A stretch of 64,000 nucleotides of DNA from Fidelibacterota bacterium (GCA_016844955.1 JAERTH010000059.1:27124-91123), one strand, 5' to 3'. Shown: positions 1 to 8,857, numbered from the stretch's first letter. The notes: a model not told the origin generated them from the letters alone. Numbers and translations: made by a program.

Positions 1-78
1 GCAGAGTCCGGTTGAATGCACTGCACTCGAAATGCAGCGTACCTTCGGGTACCGGGGGTTCGAATCCCTCCCTCTCCG
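1..78 (+). tRNA. tRNA-Ser(CGA), 5'-truncated by the window edge (about 9 nt missing)
   Basis: D-arm gcagagtccggttgaatgc (1-19). Anticodon stem ctgca/tgcag encloses loop ctCGAaa (26-32). Long variable arm cgtaccttcgggtacc (38-53) is typical of a class II tRNA. T-arm ggggg-ttcgaat-ccctc (54-70). Acceptor 3' half cctctcc plus discriminator g (71-78). No encoded CCA. Confidence 0.9.
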
Positions 79-80
79 CT
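60..80 (+). repeat. Left copy of a 21-bp direct repeat (putative attL core) within the tRNA-Ser 3' end
   Basis: tcgaatccctccctctccgct recurs at 4139-4159 with one mismatch, in the same orientation. Confidence 0.8.
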
Positions 81-205
81 TGCAATTTTATGTGTATTAT
101 TATTAATTACTTACGACTGCTATATTTTTCGGGATTGCCAAATTTGTGCCACTCAGGCAGCCACAATTACATGAAGATGCACGATAGTCAGAGTTCTCTG
201 TTAAA

Positions 206-2646
206 TTGATCCCAATAATGAAGACACCAAAATCTCACCGATGCAAGCAGATACAATCAATCCGCAAGGAAATGGCAAAGCTTGAGGAAAGACGAAAACA
301 ACTTGAACATGAGCTGAATCTTTTAGAGAGTGATCGAGAATCCTCTATTATGAAACAAGAAAGACTTCTACCAGGGTCAATAGTGAATCACATCATGATT
401 TAAAGATCGAACTATTTATGAATCTATTCAAAGGCAGATCTGATGTATTTGCAAAACGTTTTGAAAATCTGAAAACTGGAAAGTCTGGATACTCGCCTGC
501 CTGTGAGAATGAATGGATCACCGGAATCTGTGAAAAACCGAGGATCAAATGTGCTAATTGTGGCCACCGTAAATTTACTCCGCTTTCCAATTCGGTACTC
601 AGAGATCATTTGTAGGGCTATGCTCTCGAGGATAAAACGAAGCGAGATTTTGCTGTAGGTGTCTATCCTTTATTGCCGAATGAGACCTGTCATTTTCTGG
701 CAGTAGATTTTGATGGTTCTAATTGGCAAACTGATATTTTAGCCTATTTAAGTACCTGTCGAAATAATCCCATTCCTGTTGTGATGGAACGATCTCGTTC
801 TGGAAATGGAGGACACATTTGGATATTCTTCTCTGAACCAATCTTAGCAAAAACTGCCAGAATAATGGCTTCTTTTATTCTAACGGAAACAATGAAGTGT
901 CATCCCGGAATTGGATTTGAGTCCTATGATAGATTTTTCCCGAACCAGGATACAATGCCCAAAGGCGGATTTGGAAATCTCATCGCTTTACCTCTACAAG
1001 GACACCCTCGCTTAAGTAATAACAGCGTGTTCATTGATGACAAATTCATTCCCTACCCCGATCAATGGTCATTTCTATCCACAATCACAAAGATTTCCCG
1101 TTCTAAAGTTGAAGAAATATCACAAGACGCCACCCAAAAAGGGAATGTCTTAGGTGTCCGATTCGTTAACATAGATGAAGATGAAGAACCCTGGACTGCC
1201 TCCCCTTCAAGACAAAGCAAGCTAGACCCTATCCAAGGAGAACTCCCCTCAAAGCTCACTTTTGTGTTGGGGAATCAGATCTATGTAGAGAAGGCTGGTC
1301 TTCCTCCAGCCATGATTAATCGGTTAATCCGTATAGCTGCATTTCAAAACCCTGAGTTTTATAAAACTCAGGCTATGCGATTATCAACCTGGAATAAACC
1401 TAGGATTATATCATGTCACGAAGATTTCTCGAAACACATTGGACTTCCAAGAGGCTGCTTGGAGGAAGTTACTGAACTTCTAGATTCACTATCAATAACA
1501 CCTGAGATCATTGATGAACGTGAACAAGGTCTTCAGTTATCACTAAAATTTCAGGGAGAACTTTATCTCGACCAGAAGAAATCTATAAAATCATTGATGC
1601 CTTATGATACAGGAATTTTGTCTGCAGCTACAGCTTTTGGTAAAACCGTTGTGGGGATTGCCCTCCTTGCTCGGCGGAATGTAAACACTCTCATTCTTGT
1701 ACATAGAAAACCCCTAATGGATCAGTGGATCGCTGCATTGCAGAAGTTCCTAGATATCGATAAATCAAGTATCGGAACTATTGGTGGAGGAAAATGGAAC
1801 CCGACCGGTATCATAGATGTCGCAATGATACAAAGTCTCAGTCGTAAAGGTGAGGTTAAGGATATTGTAGGGAAATATGGGCATCTGATCGTGGATGAAT
1901 GTCACCATATTTCTGCACGTAGTTTTGAAATTGTTGCCCGTCAGTGTAAGGCGAAATATGTGTTAGGTCTCACCGCAACCGCAGTTCGAAAAGACGGTCA
2001 TCACCCCATTATTTTTATGAATATTGGACCAATACGCTTCAAAGTTGGGCATCGAAAACAAGCAGCTAAAAGACCGTTTGCGCACAAGGTGATTTTCATA
2101 AACACAAACCTCTTACTGCCATCAGAACTTTCAGGAAAAGATGATTTGCAAATCTACGAAATTTATGCATTTATTATGAAAAATGATCAGAGAAATGAAA
2201 TGATTGCAGACGACATCGTCCGGGTAGCTCAAGCGGGTAGAACGTCTCTCGTCCTCACTGAACGTAGGGATCATCTTGAAGAGCTGAATCTGTTACTCTC
2301 AGCACGTATCAATAATATCGTCATTCTTCATGGTGGAATGGGAAAAAAGCAAAAACAAGCATTGATGGAAAAATTAAATGCAGATGATGATGGTCAAGTA
2401 ATTATAGCCACTGGTCGGTATATAGGTGAAGGTTTTGATTTGGCAAAACTGGATACCCTCTTTTTGACAATGCCTGTATCCTGGAAAGGCGTCTTGACAC
2501 AATATGCAGGACGCCTGCATCGCCTCCACACGGATAAAAAAGAAGTCATCATCTACGACTATGTTGATACCAACGTTCAAATGCTAGCTAGAATGCATCA
2601 ACGTCGTTTATCCGGGTATCGATCTATTGGTTACGTGTCAGAATGA
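206..2646 (+). pseudogene. AEP (PrimPol-like) primase domain fused to an SF2 DEAD/DEAH-type helicase, disrupted by one frameshift and one in-frame TAG
   Basis: There are three collinear pieces. Piece 1 is a coiled-coil ORF at 206-403 (frame 2). Piece 2 is open from 334 to 615 in frame 1 and reads ...SHHDLKIELFMNLFKGRSDVFAKRFENLKTGKSGYSPACENEWITGICEKPRIKCANCGHRKF...RDHL. A TAG lies at 613-615. Piece 3 continues in the same frame as GYALEDKTKRDFAVGVYPLLPNETCHFLAVDFDG to 2646. AEP motifs are DFD (706-714) and SGNGGHIWIFF (His at 814-816). Helicase motifs are Walker A AFGKT (1636-1647), DECH (1894-1905), GLTAT, and QYAGRLHR. Confidence 0.75.
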
Positions 2647-2671
2647 TTTGACACTCGGCATCGGAATATAA

Positions 2672-3817
2672 TTATTTTTCATGTTGGCTATCCCAATCCC
2701 GTTCTACCTCTTTCAATTGCTTCTTAAGATCTTCTTTTGATGGGAGGTAGAGTTGGTACTCTGAAGCATGAATGTTCGATTCTTTTGGTAAAGTTATCTC
2801 AACCAAGGCTTCTTTGTTCTTCTTACAAATTATAATGCCTATTGTTGGTTCCTCATAATCTAGTTTCACATACCGATCATAATAATTCACATACATCTGC
2901 ATTTGACCCAAATCCTGATGCTTCAACTCACCGATTTTAAGATCAATGAGAGTGTAGCATCGCAATAACCGATTATAAAAAACCAGATCTACATAATAAT
3001 GGTCTTCATCAAACGTAAATCGTTTCTGTCTGGCTTCAAAAAGGAAGCCTTTACCCAACTCAAGAAGAAAATATTCAAGTTTGTCAATGATGGCCGTTTC
3101 CAACTCACTTTCAGTATATTTCAATTTTTCGTCCAATCCCAGAAATTCTAATACATACGGATCTTTCACCGCATCCTCCGGGCTCTCAATTACATGCCCC
3201 TTTTGAGCTAGTTTTCTAACCTTCCCTTTATCACGACTCAAGGCAAGACGCTCAAACAAACTTGAATCAAATTGTCGTTTCAGCTCTCGTAGCGACCAGT
3301 TCTCATTAGCAGCTTCTATTTCATAAAATGCCCTCTCGGTCTTCTGCTTGATAGACATCAGAAAAACATAATGTGACCAGCTCAACGGAAATTGGGCAGA
3401 CAGCGCATTCGAAACCTTTAATGCATCTTCAGATGACTCATGAATCAAGCCCAATTTCCCAGACGCTATCTGGGATTTTTCGATTGATTTGTCTGGAACC
3501 AATTTCCCAGACACTGTCTGGGATTTCTCATTCAAACTTTGCGAATAGATTAAATAAAATTTCCGCATATACTCAAGATTGCTTTGTGAATAACCCCGAC
3601 CAAACTCAATGGCCAACTCAACTGCTAAATCTTTGAGCAGTGCCTTTCCATACTCTGCTCGCTCAGCACCTCCCTGTTCGAACTCAACAATTCGCTCCCC
3701 AACCAAGTAATTGGATGCCACCTGCAGAGCGTTGACACTTCGAACTGTTAAAGACCGAGCCCGAGAAATAATGGTTTTTATCGAATCGATAAGGTACTTG
3801 TGTTTTTGGTTGTCCAT
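2672..3817 (-). CDS. YhcG/DUF1016-family PDDEXK (restriction-endonuclease-fold) nuclease
   Basis: The N-terminus (ARSLTVRSVNALQVASNYLVGERIVEFEQGGAERAEYGKALLKDLA...FGRGYSQSNLEYMRKFY) is typical of the DUF1016 N-domain. An internal EKSQ(T/I)(V/A)SGKL repeat is present. The C-terminal core (YVDLVFYNRLLRCYTLIDLKIGELKHQDLGQMQMYVNYY) fits a D...(D/E)xK nuclease core. Confidence 0.75.
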   Translation of the reverse strand: MDNQKHKYLIDSIKTIISRARSLTVRSVNALQVASNYLVGERIVEFEQGGAERAEYGKALLKDLAVELAIEFGRGYSQSNLEYMRKFYLIYSQSLNEKSQTVSGKLVPDKSIEKSQIASGKLGLIHESSEDALKVSNALSAQFPLSWSHYVFLMSIKQKTERAFYEIEAANENWSLRELKRQFDSSLFERLALSRDKGKVRKLAQKGHVIESPEDAVKDPYVLEFLGLDEKLKYTESELETAIIDKLEYFLLELGKGFLFEARQKRFTFDEDHYYVDLVFYNRLLRCYTLIDLKIGELKHQDLGQMQMYVNYYDRYVKLDYEEPTIGIIICKKNKEALVEITLPKESNIHASEYQLYLPSKEDLKKQLKEVERDWDSQHEK

Positions 3818-4138
3818 CGATATTCCTCTTAAAAAGCAAAATGCTTCTTTTACTCACAACATTGTTTCTCATCCCATGATGTAATATTAGTCATACCAAT
3901 GTCAGTTTGCAATTGGCATATATGGTAAATTCATAGTCGGAAGTTTATTACAAATTCTCTGTGCTGGTCTGAATGCGTAATTTGTGCCAAAAATGGGTCA
4001 ATGGGTCAAAAATGAGTCGGAATTGCATGTCCATTGATGGAAGAAATTAGAATATAATGGAAGTAAGTGAAAGTATTGTTAATATAAGAGATAGTTTTAT
4101 CTATTTGTTATTTTTGTATTTACGTGGTCTCTTTTTGA

Positions 4139-4159
4139 TCGAACCCCTCCCTCTCCGCT
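4139..4159 (+). repeat. Right copy of the 21-bp direct repeat (putative attR; orphan tRNA-Ser 3' fragment)
   Basis: tcgaacccctccctctccgct matches bases 60-80 at 20 of 21 positions. No tRNA body lies upstream of it. Confidence 0.8.
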
Positions 4160-4170
4160 CCTTATTCTCG

Positions 4171-4198
4171 ATAACACCTGAATTAATTCAGGTGTTAT
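4171..4198. terminator. Perfect 28-bp palindrome between the att remnant and the asd stop; probable shared or bidirectional terminator
   Basis: ataacacctgaatt/aattcaggtgttat is a perfect inverted repeat. It lies 8 nt beyond the asd stop codon (4206). U-tracts are weak, so function is inferred. Confidence 0.45.
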
Positions 4199-4205
4199 TG
4201 AAAAA

Positions 4206-5303
4206 CTATCCTAAGATCAATCCCTTTTTCACCAGGAGCTCAGCAGTAAGAATGGCCCCACCAGCGGCACCCCTCACTGTATTGTGTGACAACGCTACAA
4301 AACGAATATCAAAGAATTTATCCTGCTCAAGACGACCAATGGTCACCGCCATCCCTTTGCCATTATCTACATCTAGTGCAACCTGCGGACGGTCAGGGTC
4401 TGATTTGACAATGATAGGTGGTTGTGGTGCAAAGGGCAGGTCCAATTCCTGAGGTTCAGCTGTAAAATCTGACCAGATCTGAGTGATCTGCTCCAGTGTA
4501 GGAACCTTATCCTCAAAATTTAGATAAACCAATGCAGTATGCCCATCCACAAGCGGAACCCGAGTGCACAAGGCTGACATGGCTATGGAATTGTCCAGGG
4601 TGATACCTGTATCATTCAGGCTGCCCAGAATTTTGGATGGCTCCTTCTCTGTCTTTCCTTCCTCGCCCGGAATGAGAGGATTCACTGTTTCTCTTCTCTC
4701 CGGTTCTGTCAGTCCACGATATCCTGCGCCAGACAAGGCCTGAAGCGTATTAACCAATATCTCCTTCACGGGAAACCCTGCCTGCCTGAGCGCATGGATG
4801 GCTACCAGATAGGATTGCACGGAGCAATTGGGCTTAACTGCCACAAAACCGGAATCAGGGAAATCACGGTTTTGTTGCTGGATCTTTAGTATTGATAGGT
4901 GATCCGGGTTTATTTCAGGGACAATCATGGGCACATCGTCAGTCCAGCGGTTGGCGGAACTGTTGCTTACCACGGGGTAGCCTTTTTTAGCATAAGCAAA
5001 CTCAAACTCACGAGTTACCTCCTTGTCCTGGAGTTCGGTGGCAGAGAAAAAGAGCTTAATATCTTGTGGTATACTCTCATAATCAGTAACATCTCGCACC
5101 ACCATACCAGCCAGGTCCTCTGGTATTTCAGAATTCATGAGCCATTTCCCACTCACAGCAGCAGCATAGCTTTTTCCGGCAGATCGTGAGGATGCTGCTA
5201 CATCCTTGATTTCAAACCAGGGGTGATTGGCCAGTAAACGGACATAATTTTGTCCAACCACGCCCGTCGCTCCTAATATGCCAACCGCAATCTTGTTTTT
5301 CAT
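4206..5303 (-). CDS. asd: Aspartate-semialdehyde dehydrogenase
   Basis: N-terminal Rossmann motif GILGATGVVGQ, active-site context KPNCSVQS, and C-terminal SHNTVRGAAGGAILTAELL. Confidence 0.88.
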   Translation of the reverse strand: MKNKIAVGILGATGVVGQNYVRLLANHPWFEIKDVAASSRSAGKSYAAAVSGKWLMNSEIPEDLAGMVVRDVTDYESIPQDIKLFFSATELQDKEVTREFEFAYAKKGYPVVSNSSANRWTDDVPMIVPEINPDHLSILKIQQQNRDFPDSGFVAVKPNCSVQSYLVAIHALRQAGFPVKEILVNTLQALSGAGYRGLTEPERRETVNPLIPGEEGKTEKEPSKILGSLNDTGITLDNSIAMSALCTRVPLVDGHTALVYLNFEDKVPTLEQITQIWSDFTAEPQELDLPFAPQPPIIVKSDPDRPQVALDVDNGKGMAVTIGRLEQDKFFDIRFVALSHNTVRGAAGGAILTAELLVKKGLILG

Positions 5304-5647
5304 TTCTCTATCCTTTAAACCAATTCGTCACTCATCTAAAAATCAGAGCCAAATATGAATCGGCGACTCAGATTGGCAAAGGTTTATATCAACAAAATTC
5401 ATGAGATTTACTTAGCAATTATTGGTGGCTTGATTTGCCATATACAAGCTTCTACGTAGTATCGAAAGAGGGAGATTTTAAGGTCTCTGTTACTCAAGCA
5501 GAAGTGGACATTTCGGCGGGTTCAATGTCCGGTTCGGTACCGGAGGTTGAGCTCGCCGAAACCTCCAGGGCTAGTTCAGGCACTCTATGGAGATTTATAA
5601 TGGGCTGGCTCAATGACCGGGGTGGTTGATTATGCGGAGCTGGTATA

Positions 5648-5682
5648 TAAAAAAAGGCAGCCCGGATGGACTGCCTTTTTTA
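5648..5682. terminator. Bidirectional rho-independent terminator
   Basis: aaaaaaa-AGGCAGcccggatggaCTGCCT-tttttt. The GC-containing stem is flanked by an A-run and a T-run. It lies 18 nt downstream of the minus-strand stop at 5700. Confidence 0.7.
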
Positions 5683-5699
5683 TCAAATGTAAAAACGGG

Positions 5700-6731
5700 C
5701 TAAAATGCGGATGTGTCCACTGCGTTTTTAACCATATCTGCAATCTGATCCATTTTCTCAGTATCATCTTTCGATAATAATGAAACCAGACTATCAACCT
5801 TCTTGGCTGCCTGGAAGGTATCCTGGGCGACCAATAGCAATGGTACACTGGTTCCAGAAGCGCGGGCAATAATGTTGGGAGGAGGCAGAATGTTGTTGGT
5901 GAGAATAATTCCAGCTGCATTGGTATCCAGGGCGGCCAAAATCATATCACTTCTGTCACCACTGGTGATAACCAGCTTACTGTCCTTGTTGAAACGTTGC
6001 ATCCGGAGTACGGCATCTGCTGACATGGCACCCACAAAAACATCCTTGACCAGGTTGTCCAACCCCTTCTCCCCTGCCAATATCTTAGCAAAGAATAGGT
6101 CTGCAAGAAAACGCATGGAGGGTTGGGTCAGATTTTCAGCATAAGGTATAATTCCCAGAAGTGGCAATTCTAAGGCGTCGAATTGTTCTTTGTAGACGGC
6201 TTCAAAATCTTCAACATCACGTACCTTGTTGATAATGACACCGGCTAATTTTATATCACCAAGATCTAATGTTTTCTTCAGCGCGTAGGCATCGTCACAG
6301 ATTTGATCATTGGTGCCAGCTAGAACTACCAGCAATTCACCATCCAGATAGCGGCACAGTGACAGGGCATCAAGATTTACGGAAAGACCACGGGTGATAT
6401 CCATTCCACTTTCCACCAGCATGAGGTCTTTTCCTTGAGCATTCAAAGCGGCAATCTCACGTACTTTGTCGCCTGTGGAATTTTCATCATACATGAAACG
6501 TAGTTTGGAATGATCAAAACCAATACTCATGGCTTCTGGTGATTCTTCAGCTTTCATGGCGGTGGTACTTACGGCTGCATCGAAATCCCACAGTCTTTTT
6601 TTGCGATAAAGGAGTCTATCGCCGAAGGGCTTCAGATAGCCCATTTTCTGTGAGGAGTTTTTTGCCAGGCCAACAATGACACTGGTTTTACCTGCATCTT
6701 TTCTAAGTGATGTTACAATAATATTTTTCAT
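5700..6731 (-). CDS. Pta-N-terminal-like protein (BioD/CobQ-like P-loop plus DRTGG domain) lacking a phosphotransacetylase catalytic domain
   Basis: P-loop-like SLRKDAGKTSV. DRTGG-type segment KLVITSGDRSDMILAALDTNAAGIILTNN. It overlaps the upstream gene by 4 nt. Confidence 0.65.
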   Translation of the reverse strand: MKNIIVTSLRKDAGKTSVIVGLAKNSSQKMGYLKPFGDRLLYRKKRLWDFDAAVSTTAMKAEESPEAMSIGFDHSKLRFMYDENSTGDKVREIAALNAQGKDLMLVESGMDITRGLSVNLDALSLCRYLDGELLVVLAGTNDQICDDAYALKKTLDLGDIKLAGVIINKVRDVEDFEAVYKEQFDALELPLLGIIPYAENLTQPSMRFLADLFFAKILAGEKGLDNLVKDVFVGAMSADAVLRMQRFNKDSKLVITSGDRSDMILAALDTNAAGIILTNNILPPPNIIARASGTSVPLLLVAQDTFQAAKKVDSLVSLLSKDDTEKMDQIADMVKNAVDTSAF

Positions 6732-8857
6732 GATATGGAACCCTCTTTATCATCGGATAATAATACGCGTATGTCAACTGCTCGAGCACCTTTACCCTGC
6801 TCGTAAACAACCATTGGATTAATTTCAATATCTGTAATTCTCGGCACCAGTTTGATCAGTGTCGCCACTTTCTCCAGTGCTTCGATAATACTCTCAATAT
6901 CTTTTCTGGCTTCTCCTCTTACCCCCAGGAGCAAGGGGTATGATCGAATTTCTTTGATCATGGAACGAATCTCGGTCTGACTCAAAGGAACGGCGCGGAA
7001 AGCCACATCCTTCATGACCTCCACATAGATTCCACCCAGTCCAAACATGAGTGTAGTTCCAAAATTGGCATCCCGGCGAGCGCCCAGAATCACTTCGGTT
7101 CCGGCCTGTATCTGCTCCACAACCTCGATCCCATCAATTACAGCATTGGGTACATTGGCTTTACAGGAATGGATAATGGTTTGATACCCATCAATGACTT
7201 CTTCCTGGTTATCCAGATCGAGGAGTACACCACCAGCATCACTTTTATGGAGAATATCCCTGGAAACCACCTTCATTACTACGGGATAGCCGATTTCGTC
7301 AGCCAACTCAACTGCTGCGTTTACAGAGTGTACCACACCACCTTTGGGACCCGTGAGTTTACAGGCATTTAACAAGCCCTGTCCCTCCTCTGCCAGTAGG
7401 AAGGTCCTATCATCCGCTAAAGCGCTATCAATAATTTTGTTGATGGCGTCTGTATCAATTGGGGTGGCAACCTCATCACCAACTTCAGCTATCTGCACAG
7501 TGCGAATGGATTGAAGTGCACCCATACAGGAAACACCATCGTAAACATCTCTATAGACCGGGACATTTTTTGCATGCAGCGCAGTAATAGCTTCTTCGGT
7601 TCGCTCGCCCCCAAACACGGAGAAGGTGATGGGTTTGCCCTTAGCGTGGAATTTTCCATACATCTCATCAATCATCTCAGTCAGTTCCTGAGAATTCATC
7701 ATGGCTGTCTCGCAATAGAGCGCCATGACAGTATGAATGGCGTCATCATCCAGAGCTTCCTGCAGTGCTTTCACATAGTCTGCCTTAGAGGCTTCACCCG
7801 TGATATCCACCGGATTTTTCGTCGATCCAAAACCGTGGGCCACACTTTCAAAGGTTTCCCTTAGTTTTTCCTGATCATCATAGAGTTTGATATCATATTT
7901 TTCACAGGCATCAGTGGCCATAACGCCAACTCCACCACCGTTGGTGATGATAATGCCGTTGGGGCCCTCTGGTACTGAGTTATGGGATAGAAACTTACTC
8001 CACTCCAATGCTTCCTGAATACTTTCAGCTCTCAGTACACCACATTGACGCATGATCGCATCAAAAACTTTGTCGGAACCTGCCAAAGATCCAGTATGAC
8101 TGGCTGCAGCTACAGCACCACGTTTGGAACGTCCAGATTTAATAACAATTACTGGCTTCACTTTTGTGGCTTGTTTGAGGACTTTTACCAGACGTTCACC
8201 TTCCTGAATGCCTTCAACATACATAAGGATGATTTTAGTCTCTTCCTGTTCAATGAGGTATTCAAGCAGATCTGCTTCATTAATGTCTGTTTTATTCCCA
8301 ACTGAAATGATTGAGGACAGACCAATGTTTTGAACGGCAGTCTTGCCGATCATGGCAATTCCCAGAGCCCCACTCTGTGTGATAATGGCTACGTTTCCTT
8401 TGCGGATATCTGCAGGGCCAAAGGTTGCATTTAGAGAAACCTTAGAAGAATAATGTCCAAAAATATTGGGACCCAAAATGCGCATGCCATGGGCTTTGGC
8501 ATAGTTCACGATGCGCTGTTCTTCTTCAAGATTCCCAATTTCTGAGAAACCGGATGAGATAATGGCCAGCATTTTTACTTTTTTCTTGGCACAACTGACT
8601 ACAGCATCATAAACAAATCGAGCGGGAATTGCGATAACTGCAACATCCACGTCCCCATCTACTTCTTCAATGCTGGTGAGGAAATCATAGCCCAGGGCAC
8701 TTCCGCCCTTGGGATTCACAGGATGTATCTTACCTGTGTAACCCATGTACAGCATGTTTTCTAAAATTTTGTAGCCGATTTTACCCGGCTCCTGACTCAC
8801 GCCAATAACAGCGACGGATTCAGGTTCGAACAAATACTTTATATCGGGGTTATTCAC
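6728..8857 (-). CDS. ADP-forming acetyl/acyl-CoA synthetase (fused alpha and beta; CoA-binding, ligase-CoA and ATP-grasp domains)
   Basis: The N-terminus PESVAVIGVSQEPGKIGYKIL is a CoA-binding Rossmann. SHTGSLAG is the phosphohistidine-loop context. An ATP-grasp-like half lies at the C-terminus (GYPVVMKVVSRDILHKSDAGGV). Confidence 0.8.
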   Translation of the reverse strand: MNNPDIKYLFEPESVAVIGVSQEPGKIGYKILENMLYMGYTGKIHPVNPKGGSALGYDFLTSIEEVDGDVDVAVIAIPARFVYDAVVSCAKKKVKMLAIISSGFSEIGNLEEEQRIVNYAKAHGMRILGPNIFGHYSSKVSLNATFGPADIRKGNVAIITQSGALGIAMIGKTAVQNIGLSSIISVGNKTDINEADLLEYLIEQEETKIILMYVEGIQEGERLVKVLKQATKVKPVIVIKSGRSKRGAVAAASHTGSLAGSDKVFDAIMRQCGVLRAESIQEALEWSKFLSHNSVPEGPNGIIITNGGGVGVMATDACEKYDIKLYDDQEKLRETFESVAHGFGSTKNPVDITGEASKADYVKALQEALDDDAIHTVMALYCETAMMNSQELTEMIDEMYGKFHAKGKPITFSVFGGERTEEAITALHAKNVPVYRDVYDGVSCMGALQSIRTVQIAEVGDEVATPIDTDAINKIIDSALADDRTFLLAEEGQGLLNACKLTGPKGGVVHSVNAAVELADEIGYPVVMKVVSRDILHKSDAGGVLLDLDNQEEVIDGYQTIIHSCKANVPNAVIDGIEVVEQIQAGTEVILGARRDANFGTTLMFGLGGIYVEVMKDVAFRAVPLSQTEIRSMIKEIRSYPLLLGVRGEARKDIESIIEALEKVATLIKLVPRITDIEINPMVVYEQGKGARAVDIRVLLSDDKEGSIS

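Larger units (their letters stand above)
79..4159. mobile_element. Degraded tRNA-Ser-associated integrative islet (about 4.1 kb) with no recombinase
   Basis: It is bounded by the tRNA 3' end and a 20/21 repeat of it. Right of the second copy lie a 28-bp palindrome and convergent asd, which looks like the ancestral tRNA downstream junction. The cargo is a disrupted primase-helicase gene plus a PDDEXK nuclease gene. No integrase ORF appears in any frame. Confidence 0.65.

Noticed and set aside
12-209. A 65-aa plus-strand ORF.
   Set aside because: It overlaps the tRNA-Ser gene and AT-rich non-coding DNA, and nothing supports it as coding.
613-615. The in-frame TAG in the primase-helicase gene might be a recoded sense codon (for example pyrrolysine or an alternative genetic code).
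   Set aside because: rpsB (23780-24496) terminates with TAG at its expected C-terminus (...EEVTA*), so TAG functions as a stop in this genome. No pyl-type genes are visible, and a frameshift is also present in the same gene.
3451-3526. A 28-nt direct repeat (ccaatttcccagacNctNtctgggattt) with a 48-nt period and internal dyad symmetry, superficially like a mini-CRISPR or an operator.
   Set aside because: There are only two copies. Both lie inside the yhcG coding sequence and encode the repeated peptide EKSQ(T/I)(V/A)SGKL, so this is a protein-level internal repeat.
4057-4452. A 131-aa plus-strand ORF spanning the att remnant and running into asd.
   Set aside because: It runs antisense to the well-supported asd gene and crosses the tRNA-derived repeat and the palindrome. 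Its composition is typical of an antisense artefact.
5435-5629. A 64-aa ORF in the asd upstream gap, as a possible small protein.
   Set aside because: It has no recognisable motif and is largely made of hairpin-forming sequence. I treated it as a possible RNA element instead. This remains unresolved without comparative data.
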